A stretch of 62,898 nt of DNA, counting the filler, from Bipalium vagum (lineage: Eukaryota), in assembly GCA_037834085.1 (NCBI GenBank). It is 3 parts of 3 records of this genome, joined end to end, with 100 filler letters (N's around TTAATTAATTAA, not from the genome) between each part and the next. Parts side by side here need not be neighbours in the genome. Positions count along the whole stretch, not along the records: positions 1 to 16,398 come from JBBMKC010112987.1; positions 16,499 to 38,222 come from JBBMKC010233170.1; 1 more part is not named here. One strand, 5' to 3'. Positions 11,401-22,486 of the stretch are shown here, piece after piece. Position numbers and translations under genes: made by a program. Every line of letters starts with the position of its first letter. The first letter of the stretch is position 1. Under the pieces are notes generated by a model. The model searched no databases and had not been told where the DNA came from. It was given only the letters and a program-made list of their open reading frames with translations.

Positions 11401-14400
11401 ACCAGCAAACACGCCTTCTTGATCCAAAAACTTCAGACTTCGATTCATCCGACCAAAGTACCTGACACCAGTCTTCGGATGACCAGTTTTGGTGTTCCCT
11501 GGCCCATTCTAATCTTATCTTATTTTTAGGCGGAAGTAATGGTTTCCTAGCGGCAATTCTTCAAAATAGACCGGCCTTCTGAAGCCGGTCTTTTACCATT
11601 GTTACGCTAATACCTCTTTCTCGGGCATGGTTTATGTGAGAGGCAATTTCTAGTACCGTTAGACGTCTATTACGCTTGCTCGTGATTATAATTGTACGGT
11701 CTTCTGTATCAGTAGTTTTTCTTGTTCCTCCAGCTCTTTCATTGTTCTTAATAATGACGGTATCATTGTATTTCTTTATTATAGCGCTGACTGTTGTATG
11801 CCATAATTTTACAGTTCTGCCAATTTGACGAGCACAGATATTCATTTTATGTTGGGAAATAATCACACACCTTTTCTCCAGCGAAATCTCATTAGTTTTA
11901 ACCATACCTTAAAATATTTTATATATTAAAATTATTAAAAAAAATCTTACTTATTTTAAAATTCCAACTTAGACAAAAAACAAAAATGAATCATAATATA
12001 TATATATATATATACTGTGAAACCTGCTTAAATTGAACACCATAGGAATTAAATGTTCAAATAAAAGAGGTGTTCAGTTAACAAAGGTGTTTCAATTATA
12101 TAATATTTCTCGTTTATAAATTATTAGTAGATTTTCTAATAAATATATATTTATTGAGTTATTATAATTACTATATTTATTTTGAACTATTTCTTAAAAT
12201 CAATATTTAGCCTTATAATGTCCAAGTTATTAATGAAATATAGATTTATTGATGATCATTAGTGAAGTTATTATGATAAACTATGTCGTAGAACTGTTCT
12301 TCTTTCACATTCTTTGACGTTTTAAGAAAATTTGTTTTTCAATGTCGATTTTTAACACTGGAAAATGTATGTCTGGTGAAAAATTGAAAAATATTGTAAA
12401 AATCGATAAATTCACATTGAATAGAGAAATAAATCTTTTCTTTTGAAATGATTCAGATTTAAAATTAATTATGATTTTTGTTGTAGAATGCGCTGAATGT
12501 TATGAAGGCGGATGACTACATAATCAAAAGCTGTGATGCTGCTGTGTTTGCTGGTGTGCTGAAGCAGTATCTGAGAGAATTGCCCGTTCCTTTGATGACG
12601 TTTTTCCTTTACGACAAATGGTGTGATGTGGGAAACAAGTAAGTGCACGGCATGGATTTATTGTCAAATTTCTTCTACCACTTCATCTGGTTTCGAGGAA
12701 TTGATTTCATGATGATTAGTCACAAAATCAATCTGGGAATGATTATCGACTCTATCGAATAGAACCAGGCTGTTTAACTTTGAATAATCACTTTCTTCTA
12801 ACATTTCACATTTCTCGTAATGATTTTTGAATTGTACTTCATTTGTATATATGGATATTGCGGTCTGTAGAACTCTGTGGACATCACCTTTAGTTTTGGT
12901 ATTGCCACAATTATTAGCAGAATAATTTATTCAATAAAATTTCTTCAGAATACAATTTACCTAAAAATTATTTTCCACATCTTTCATTGAATAATTAATA
13001 ATTTTTTTTCTAATTAGCTTATAGCCTATCTTTGTAACTTTAACTTTTAAAAATGGGTCATTCATATTATTAATATTGGATTAAAAAATCATTCAATTTT
13101 TAGAAATCAACCAGAATCTGATTAATTATATAATATTTTTGATTTAAACAACTCTAAAATGTTAAAATTTATCAATGATAAATATGCGCATTTTCAATAA
13201 AAACTAACCACTTAATATTTTAGAGGCATTATTGCATGATATTTTACCAATCTATTTTAATCACATATTCACATTTTTGTATGGGCATCTTTTAAATAGG
13301 TAAGTTATTCATGAAACACTCAAATCGAGTTGTTGAATAAGTTCTACATTCAAAATTAAAAGGCTTCCGTACTGAGGGTTTTTAGTTTGCATTTAGTTTT
13401 CAAAGTAATATGTGGCTTAGCGTTCCCTGGTGAAAGACCACAAAATTTCTATTCAATATTTTGGGTCGCTTTTTCAGAATCGCTTTCAAATTTTCTAGCT
13501 GATTACAACACGTTTTAGCATTAATATTCTAATCACTTGGAAGAATCTCGTAATAATAATTTCATTGTAATCCTATCAAATGCATAACATCGCATTATAA
13601 TGCAAATCTGATTTTACGATGACTCGCGTGAACCGTACCATGACCACCGAGACTTGTTATAGACAACCATTTTTCGTCCCCTGTTATTACACTCTTCAGA
13701 AATGTGTCCATGAATTCAATTTTAAGGGAGACAGTATTCAGATCAGAGATGTTATTTTCGGATAATTCTTGATGGACACAAATATCTATCTTTTTTGTTA
13801 TCTCAAGATTTTTTAAGCGCTTTGCATCTGTCGAATGTTCAATACTGACGCTCTGCACAATTTCTTTTGTTGAGATATGTCGTTCTGCTTTGATTGCGGC
13901 CAAGACTTCTTCTTGGACACTTCTTCAAGACACTTTCTTGGAGACCGAAATCCCCACAACGAAAACTAGTAAATCATTGCAGTTGGGATATAGAGTTGTT
14001 TTACCAGAAACACTATGTGTACTGCATATTTCACATTAGTCTTCTGACGCATTTACTTTTAAAAATAAAAAAGTATGATGTACCGAAAATTCTGTTTTAG
14101 ATCTTCAGTTTGATTCACTTCATTCATTCTGAAATTACAAATATTTTAAAAGATGTTACACAATTAAATTATTAAATAGGGCATTATTTCATTGATTACG
14201 GAATAATAATTACTCGAATAAAATTTGCACTTGAATTTATTAGTTGAAAAATAATGTAAAACTTATTCCACAACGTAATATATTTAGCAATATGACTGAA
14301 ATAAGGAAAATACAACATTTGATCCAACTATAAGACTTTGAAAGAGGTCATATAGTAGGACTTCGTGAAAGGTGAATAAGCTTCAAAGAAATCACCTGAC

Positions 14401-15158
14401 GTTTGGGAAGAAATCATTCCACTAATCTAGTTTCTTGTAAAAAATATTAACTTAAAATCGATAAATTTAAAATATTAATTTTTTTATTTTGATAATTTTC
14501 AAGCAGTAATTAGATTACTTTGATATGGATTCAGAATTAAGCAGAACGATGTTACTGGAGCAAAAGTCCTTATAAAAGATTGTTTGAGTCAAATGCCAAC
14601 TTGTCACTATGACAATTTGGTTTATTTGATGCAATTTCTGAAGAAAATTGCTGATAATGAATCGGTTAATAAAATGAACTCCAGCAATCTTGCCTTAATC
14701 CTGGGAAATAATCTTATTCGAAATAAATCGATCAATGTCAATGATGACAGTGATGCTTCTAGGTTTGATAATTCTTCTCTTATTATTTATAAAAATTTTT
14801 ATTATAGGGTAATGATGCTTGGATCTCCGGGACCAGGAGTTTTAGAGTTTATGATCACATTTTTCTATGACTTGTTTCCCGAAGTTCCGGTTTATGTTGG
14901 TAGGAATTGTAATTATTGTTCCGATTTTTAGAATTAAATAATAATAATAATAATAAGGTTAATGATAGAGTGAAAATTGGAACAGAATTTTCGAATCATT
15001 ATTATTACACAATGAATCATTTTGTTGAAATAATTTTTAGACATCAGGATATTAACAATTTCGCTATTTATAATAAAATGTATAGCCGGATGCTGATGGG
15101 ATGGTATTTAATCGATATTTTAAAAATATCAATAGATTTATTATTTCGAGTTCAATAA
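2472..15158 (+). CDS. ARHGAP17/44-like: N-BAR + RhoGAP domain protein (RICH/nadrin, ARHGAP17/ARHGAP44/SH3BP1 family), multi-exon
   Basis: Phase-consistent GT-AG exons: 2472-2536 (or 2472-2509; first exon uncertain), 2591-2750, 2822-2898, 2939-3278, 9319-9469, 10266-10396, 10548-10595, 12487-12638, 14535-14762, 14808-14899, 14932-? (open to 15158; 3' end uncertain). The translation has a helical BAR-like N-terminus, then VFHLPLEEH, EEGLFRISG (arginine finger), AGVLKQYLRELPVPLMTF, NKMNSSNLALILGNNLI and FYDLFPE. Confidence 0.9.
5740..6110 (-). mobile_element. Highly decayed mariner-like 5' fragment in RhoGAP intron 4
   Basis: Only fragmentary HTH-like translation; no catalytic motifs or TIR pair seen. 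Confidence 0.25.
6350..7087 (+). mobile_element. Internally deleted rosa/DD41D-type Tc1-mariner element
   Basis: TIRs aagatgtttcattaaggatgacgtattt and aaattcgtcatccttaatggaacatcat. Remnant motifs LNGFVNKQN, PQKITVW, WFQPDG and WSPQTYDLTLLDFFL*GYV. Confidence 0.75.
7295..7700 (-). mobile_element. mariner 3' remnant
   Basis: Mariner-type end ta|ttaggtttgtcggaaaataatg and minus-strand ILQDNAHP...HSLRMWSL (degenerate HDNARPH...YSPDL). Confidence 0.6.
7710..8364 (-). mobile_element. Internally deleted pogo/Tigger1-like element
   Basis: TA-flanked TIRs caatataatctctttttatgcg and cgcataaaaagagaattgagtg. ORF 7961..8314 has FNCFVPEVKIYMKEKGLEFKILLILD (Tigger1-like DDE segment) joined to a Tigger-like C-terminus YRELYKNLSKPSQTLITDYF. 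Confidence 0.8.
8480..9130. mobile_element. Mosaic of a DD41D-like N-terminal fragment (+) and a mariner catalytic fragment (-)
   Basis: Plus strand ~8590-8640 reads KLVDKFERTSSVND. Minus strand ~8900-8970 reads NPFLERIVTCDEK. Confidence 0.55.
10727..11990 (-). mobile_element. Near full-length Tc1-family transposase pseudogene (CDS 10886-11905) in RhoGAP intron 7
   Basis: One TIR (ta|caataccgtcggaaagtatttgtacac at 10727). Translation shows MVKTNEISLEKR, ARKPLL, VLWSDES, KHGGGSVM, FQQDNDPKH and [12 protein letters not shown] with two internal TGA stops. Second D to E spacing is 37 aa. The other TIR was not found. Confidence 0.9.
12015..12110. mobile_element. pogo/Tigger-type terminal fragment next to a (TA)n tract
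   Basis: ta|ctgtgaaacctgcttaaattgaacacc followed by repeated gtgttca motifs typical of Tigger subterminal repeats. Confidence 0.5.
13260..14278 (-). mobile_element. Decayed mariner element in RhoGAP intron 8
   Basis: ORF 13595..13903 has KKIDICVHQELSE and FLKSVITGDEKW. Mariner-type end aacttattccacaacgtaa|ta. Confidence 0.75.
14290..14430 (+). mobile_element. Tc1-like transposase N-terminal (HTH) fragment
   Basis: Reads DFERGHIVGLRER*ISFKEIT*RLGRNHST. Confidence 0.6.
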
Positions 15159-16398
15159 AAAAAGAATTAAGATAATGGTAAAAAAATTTTATGGTGTATC
15201 ATTGGAAAAATTTTAAAATGAATCAAGAAAAATATTCAATTTTTTCTTATTTAAATTTTGCTGATCTAATCCATAAAGGATCAATTTATAACTGCTGGAT
15301 ATTAACAATTACAAACTTAATTATTTATGTTCATATTAATTTTTTTTATTTTAATAATATTGATTAGATATTATAAGGATTTGATTGTGAAAGAAAGCAA
15401 GAAAAAAAATTGAATTTTAATTTTTCTACCTAATACAAAATTTTTCTATTATGAATAGAAAATAAAAATTATTATAAATTAAAAATGTGTTTATTGTGTT
15501 TAACGAATTTTTAAACTCTTACTTTAGTAACCATTCAAATCTTATATAATTTCGTTTTGAAAAAAATGAATCAAATTTCCGATTTTGTAAAATTTTTAGA
15601 CTTTTCAAAATCTGAAAAATGTGTGAGCATTTTCTATTTTGAGATGTATTGGATATTTTTTAAATATATAAAATTTATATTTTCAATATTGAATGATGAA
15701 TTAGAATTCAGAAAATTTTATATATAAAATAAAAATAAAATATTACATTTTTGAAAAAAACCTGGATTTGGCTTAAAAATAATTAAATAATCGATTTTAT
15801 TAGAGAATAGGTATATAAAATTATAAAATATAAGAAATTATAAAAATATAAAGAAAAGTAATTATATTGTCATAACAATTATATATATGTGGAAATTTTC
15901 ATAAAAGTAATGTATTTTTTCAATAAAAATTACGTTGATCTGTTTAAAGACATTTGTTATTCAAATATTTTTGTGTGTAACAATTATATTTTAAAAGAAA
16001 ATCGATAAATTATTACCTGGATTATTTATGCTAATTTTTTTGACAGAAATATTAATTTTCTAAAAAAATTTTTTTAAGGGTTATGTTAAAATATTTACTA
16101 TTGATCAGTGGAATATAATAATAATCGAAACCCGTAATGTTCACTTGGAACATTTATTTATATTCTTAATTAAAATTTGATTAATTGATTTGATGAGAAA
16201 GACGTAAACTTTGAAATTTTCTCAACAATTATTATTTTGGATTTTTTAGTTAAACAATTCCTAGTATTCAGAATATACTTTTCAATTTTAAAATATGAAA
16301 ATTTTTCTTTATACAGGGTGGGTGCGATATTTTCGGAATAAATTTGAACGTTAAATACAATGTTATTTTAATTTTGTCATTAAAAATTTAAATCAGTT

Positions 16399-16498
16399 NN
16401 NNNNNNNNNNNNNNNNNNNNNNNNNNNNNNNNNNNNNNNNNNTTAATTAATTAANNNNNNNNNNNNNNNNNNNNNNNNNNNNNNNNNNNNNNNNNNNN
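16399..16498. other. Artificial contig linker
   Basis: 44 N + TTAATTAATTAA (stops in all six frames) + 44 N; identical to the one at 38223-38322. Confidence 0.95.
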
Positions 16499-18739
16499 TA
16501 TATATCATCCAATATACCGTGAGCAGCGATATCGAACTGTTTCATCAACCTTGATTTGTTTGTGAGATCTTTATAAATCATTTTTGTTCTCGTTCCCTGA
16601 ACCTTGGGATGTCAAACTACTCATGACATTTAATGATCTCGGTGTAAAAATTATCATGAGCCTTGATAATTTTACGTGGGAAAGTTATAAATAAAATAAA
16701 AAATTTTAAATTTTAAAAATTGAAAGATTATTTAGACAGTTGAATTTTTTTAAAATTAAGTTAAATAAGAAAGCTTTATTATGGGAGTATAATTTAAAGT
16801 TAAATTTAGAGCATTTTAAGAAATTTTAGGTAATTAGAAGTTTACACCTGTAGACACCGGAAGCAATATATTTTCATTCAATTAGTTTCTATTTTTCCGA
16901 TATTTATCATAAGTTCTTAAAAGGTTCACCGGTTTTAAAAATGGAGATTGAGAAACTAATTGTCCATGTTCAAGATCTTTAGCACGTTGGCCACCAGGGT
17001 GGGTGACGATTTTCAACGTTTACCTAGGACAAATATCGTTCTTCGCTCTCTTTATAACGTTATATATTTGACACAGGCAGTGAAAAAATTTTATTTTGTC
17101 CGTCTAATAATAATATCAATATGGTACCATTCAGCGAATGGTTAGTTTCAACTGATGAATTATATAACCTTTAGACCATGAAAAAATATTTAAATGTGGT
17201 AAATATTCAGAAATCATTTTTGGCTAATGTTTCAGCGGGCTAGAAAGTAGATCATAGCACTATAGCTTAAAAATCGATTTTCTGGTGTTCTTCATACATA
17301 TTTTTTAGCCATTAGAGTTATCGAGAATTTCCAATTTACTTGGATTCACTGATGACGTAATTTAATTTTAATTAACTTAAAGTTAATTGAGAAGTTCTGA
17401 AACCCTGTTCAATGATCAACGCCTGTTCTTCAATTTCTCTCTTTCTCCACTATCAATCATTTACCTCATGTAATAATCGACTTGTGCCACGTGAAACCGG
17501 TTTAATATTAGATTAGTTTACATAAACAAATATAGTGACACCGATTCTATTTTTAGTCCATGATTGAGAGATAGAAGCAAGTTTTAATCGGGCTCAACAG
17601 TCGATATTTATTAATCAATAAACATCGGTTTTAATATTAATAACACAAATAATAAAAATTGTTAATAATTTCCGAAACCCCAAAGAATAAAAAGGAATAA
17701 GATAACCACCATCTTTAAACGGCCCGAAAAAGTTATTTCGATTAAGATTTATTTTAACGAGGATCGATTAGTTGAATTATTCAGTGATGGAAAACTTAGA
17801 AGTCGTTTAAAACCATTTTAAATTCTTTCAACAATTTACAAGGACAACCGGGAGACCCATTTTGAAGTTTAAATAGAAACGACACAACAGAATTCGATCT
17901 AACAGAAGAGACTTTGGAATGAAAAAGAAGACCTAAAATCGATACGTATCTTAACCATGAGATCAAAATAATTAGCCTGAATAATACAATCAAAAGAAAG
18001 GAAAGATCCACTGAGTTTCGGCGTAGTGACCTAAAATTATTAAATAAAATTCACTTCTCAATTTCATAATATTTTCTTTTTTTGAAAAAGAAAAAATTCT
18101 TTACGCAAATTTTCCATTATAAATGTGAGACACTGAAATCATGTTTCTCTTAATGACTGATACGGAGATTTGTTAAGTTCTTTATTTTTGAAAACTTTTT
18201 TATTTCTCTTGATAATATTTGTGTTTGCCTGACAGTGTTACGATAATTATTTCTCTGATCCTTTGCTTTTGATCAATTTGTCCCACTTTCCTCCGCCGAG
18301 AATACGTTTCATATCAATGTTTCTGTGGGTGAAAATTATTTTTCAAAAACCTTTTTCTTTTTGTAATAACGCAGTCTCTCAGCGTTCATTGTGTTACTTT
18401 TCCTCTTTTATTTCCCATTATAATATTTCTCTAAATGAATGGATTTTGGTTAAAAAGATAATACATTTATTATTTAACAAAATGTACTATGGATACCATT
18501 ATAAATCGTAGTGGGTATAGCCGGTACCTTAAATATGTTTAGAGTCGACATTGTATATATATTTTGGTAGGGAATAAAAATTTGGCTGTTCTTTTTTAAT
18601 AAATCAATGCCTATCCATGAACAGCTTTAAAATGTATCGGTTTACACTCCATATTTTTTAATTGCTTTTTTTCCAATCAAATTTTAATAATCAAACGGTT
18701 GAATATTTATATTATTATATAGTGGACCAAATTGAATTA

Positions 18740-19255
18740 CAGTACCGGAAAAATTAATTGAGACACTAAATTATCTTATAACAATTTAATATCCAGTAAA
18801 TATATACATATACTTTATATTGATCATTTGTTAAAGGTATTGATTATATAATAATTGTGATGTAATAAAGTATTTGAAGATCATTGGTTGCATAGATGTT
18901 CATTTTACTGGAGAAAAGAGTTGAGATCAAAGCGTTACATCTAGCAGGATTTTCTGGAAATGATATTTCCCGTAGACTGTTAATTCCCAAGGCTACAGTG
19001 GCAAGATTAATTCTTAAATACAAAATAGAAGGCACTATGGTACCGAAAAGAAAAGGCAGGTGTAGAAGTAAAGAAAAGCTCACAGCACGAGATAAGAAAA
19101 TGATTCTAAGAAAAAGCAAAAGGAATATTATTTTAACTGCCATAGAGATTCAAGAAGAACTATCCAACTTCCGGACGTTACACTTAGAATCATATGGAAT
19201 TTTTTAATAAAATGCAATAGATTTGCAAGGCGGTCTGTGAAAAAGCAGCTTTTTT
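18740..19255 (+). mobile_element. 5' half of a Tc1-like element
   Basis: Terminus ta|cagtaccggaaaaattaattgagacac. ORF 18896..19207 is a paired-like HTH with KRKGRCR...KLTARDKKMILRKSKRN. Confidence 0.8.
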
Positions 19256-19259
19256 TCAT

Positions 19260-19800
19260 TACACCCCAAAATGCTTCGATATTCTGAGTGTGGAAATGTC
19301 TGTCTACTGGATTTTAAAAGTTGTTGGAATAATTAACTGTGTAATGTTGAAAAATCATTTCTGGCAATAGTTCAGATAATTTTGCGTAATTTTTCCAACA
19401 ATCATTCATCAAGACTGAACATGTGTTATATATGTTTTAATGATGGATACCAAAGTTTTGCGATTTCTCTTACCAACAATTTGAATAAAAAATTGTTTTT
19501 TATTATGTCTTTCAATACTTGGAACAGCCCAATGCTGGTCTTGTAATAATCTTCCTCTTCCATAGTTGTTGCAAATTATGAGGATTCATCTATTTCTACA
19601 GTGACAACACCACCATTTTTTCGTTACTTTCCTTCGTATAAAATAATGAGGTAAACTTTTAACATTTCAGGTACCAATTGTATATAGTGACTGGTGGCAT
19701 ACTATATTCCTGAGCTATCCTATCAATAGACGTATCACAGGTTAATTCATATACAATACAATACCGTGCATATGTTTAGGGCCAACATTTAAAAGTGAAG
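19260..19800 (-). mobile_element. Merlin (IS1595/ISXO2-like) transposase remnant
   Basis: Minus strand reads GGVVTVEIDES, YGRGRLL, IERHNKKQFFIQIVGKRNRKTLVSIIK and TVNYSNNF...HTQNIEAFWG. Confidence 0.75.
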
Positions 19801-20039
19801 ATAATAGGAGATTATGGTTTAAATTAGAATTTTTATTATTTGAACTACTTCAATTTAGATACAAGCTGATTTTAGCCTTATATTTGTTTAAAAAATCATG
19901 ACAAATAAATATTTTTTATTATTATTAAAATACATTTGTTATAATAAGTCATTTTTTTAAAAATTTGGTGTTATTTAAATATATTAACTATTTTAAGGAT
20001 TAAATTAATTTTTAAGTAAAATCGATATCTAAACATTTT

Positions 20040-20480
20040 GCAACGATTAAGTAATATATTGTTTTAATTTTAGAAATTCTTTTTTTAAATATGGCTAAGA
20101 TATCAATAGGCATTAGGAAAGTAGTTATTAAAAAAAGTGAGAGGGTTTGTCTCAGAGAAAATTTCAAGTGAACTAAATATTTCAAGGAATACTATTCAAC
20201 TTATTATACGGAAGCTGCAACAAAATGGAAAATTGGAAAACATCTGTAAAAGTGATTGTAAGGCGAAATATACACAAAGATCATAAAGATTAATTGTTCG
20301 AATGTAAAAATCCCCAGAAAGGAGCACGTGATCATTTTATCGATTGGAAATCAAATCAGGTTTCCTCACTACTATGAAGCGCATTCTGAGAAAGTATGGC
20401 TTAATAAGACGAATTTCAGCCAAGAAATCATATATGAGCGATATATTAAAAATCGCTTAAAGTGTTGCAGAGATGATCGG
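20040..20480 (+). mobile_element. Decayed Tc1-like transposase 5' fragment
   Basis: ATG at 20091: MAKISIGIRKVVI...SSELNISRNTIQLIIRK...KRILRKYGLIRRISAKKSY. Confidence 0.65.
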
Positions 20481-20980
20481 TCACCTTGAGTATGAATAAT
20501 ATTTTCCAAAGTTTTTAGGATGGTATCACCTTCCAAGTTTGAATGTTGCACTTTCGTTTAAAATTTTTTGTCTTTCTATATTTTCCATGCTGAGTTCATA
20601 CAGAAAAACCGGGTCAAGATATATACGCTGAGCTTATTATTAAACCATAAAAAGAATTTCGAAATCATAAAAATGCAACGAAACTTAATTAATTTTTCTG
20701 TAGACATAGACAACATAAAAAATGTAATTAAAACAAGTTATTGAAAGAATTACCTCTTTGAATAAAAAAATAATAAAATTAATTAAAAAAAATTTTTAAA
20801 TACAAAATTAAAATAATTACAAAATAAATTATATAATTAATCACATAATTAAATTAATTTAAAAATTTACTATTATTAATTAGTTAATTAATTAATTGAA
20901 AATTCAGTGAAGAATAAATTTTATTTATTTATTTTTATCATTATTTTTCATATAATTTTATAAAATAAAATAGTTTTTAG

Positions 20981-22442
20981 AAACGTTCAATTACAACTGG
21001 AACATGGACCCATTTGAGCTGCACGAAATAACCAACGGACAACCCCTGTGTTTTGTGACATATCACATTTTTCAGGTACAATTTAATTTCAATTTAGGTT
21101 AATTTGATTGGTTGAAAATTGTTAACACCGGATAATTTTAATTAAAAATATTTTAATATTGATGAAGAGACATAAAAAAATATCAAACGATTTTTCATTT
21201 ACTCATTTTATTTTATAATTAGAAATTAATCAATTATTCTCATTAATATTTATTGTATGAGCAATTATGATTGGTTAATTATTAATCAATAATTACATTA
21301 TAAAAATAGAATTTTTTAATTTTTCCAAAGAATATTAAATAAAGAAATTATTTTCTATTTTTCTCATGAGAAAGAAAAAAAATGTTCTTTTGTCAAATAT
21401 TATAGTTTTATTATAAATTAAAACCATTTTCTTCAGGGAACAATTTAAACTCCCGATTTTCCTTGAAAACGAATTTAGTTAATTAAAGGAGGATTTTGCG
21501 TACTTTATTGTCAAGCCATCGTTCTTTTTATGAAGAATAATTAAGCCTCAATTAAGATTTCTGAACTGGATTTTGGATCAAAGATATTTTTGTAATTCAA
21601 AACGCTGGAAAATCTCTCTAATATTTTACATTTGAAAAGTAGAGCCAGTTTTGTTTTAATCAGTATTTTTTCAACAAATTTTTTGATTTATTTAAACCAA
21701 TATTTCGTATGTTCATTTCACTTTTATGAACTTTCAAGGTAAATACTCCATTCAGGTCTGGCTGCTCCAAACCGTATAATAATTCTCTTTATCTCCTTCT
21801 CGGTTTCAGGGGTATTTTGTTTGTTTTATTAAAGACATCACAGTGAGCATTGAGTCCCTTTCTGGTTTTTTCTACGTAGGCACTGTTCTCAATGAAATGT
21901 GAAACATCCACAACATTTTGGGAATCCTGGGATTTGTTTTAATAAGCAACATAAACGATTTTAGAGGGATATTGGTCTCATTTTTTAGTGAGGAGAACTT
22001 TTTTCCATTTGATGTTCGTTTTCATAAAGAGGGATCAAACGGGGAGGAAACAATACTTTTTCGCAATGTGCTTCAGCAAGGAGCGGAAATATAGTCTGAA
22101 CCAATGTTCTGCTCATTAATCAGTCGTATACGGAGTGTAATCAGTCTATTTATGCAACTCGAAAAATAATAAAAAATAAATAAATCATAAAAAATCTTAT
22201 TTGTTTTTCTCCTCGTCACATGTCGAAGAACGTAGAATCAGTTTTGACAAAAACCCTTTAATGATTTTAACATTTTTGTAAAAGCTTTCAACATTTTCCC
22301 GGTTTTCAAGAATATGTCTTTATTTAAATGTTATGAAAAACGATAATTTAGTTTTAATTATATTTCTAATTAAAATTTTTTGAAGTTCGTTCCTTTTTGT
22401 TTTGAAGAATTTATATAAGACTTTTATTATTATTATTATTAT

Positions 22443-22486
<44 letters not shown>

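Noticed and set aside
16443-16454. TTAATTAATTAA palindrome repeated at 38267
   Set aside because: Assembly linker, not biological.
17349-17385. Other CTGATGA occurrences (17350, 23300 minus, 32195, 55602) as hammerheads
   Set aside because: No stem II followed by GAAA and an NUH triplet.
17450-17464. Apparent 15-nt intron (gtaaatgattgatag, minus strand) joining SRGTSRLLHE to WRKREIEEQALIIEQGFR
   Set aside because: The upstream frame hits a TAA with no convincing acceptor and the peptide is unrecognised, so chance cannot be excluded.
16830-18430. Possible minus-strand gene with 23-28-nt introns
   Set aside because: Several GT-AG pairs exist, but no consistent stop-free model or recognisable domain could be built.
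21780-21960. Harbinger-like remnant (GFP-VVDVSH...SAYV...RKG) on the minus strand; similar hint at 30780-30910
   Set aside because: Needs frameshifts and the motif match is too short to support a call.
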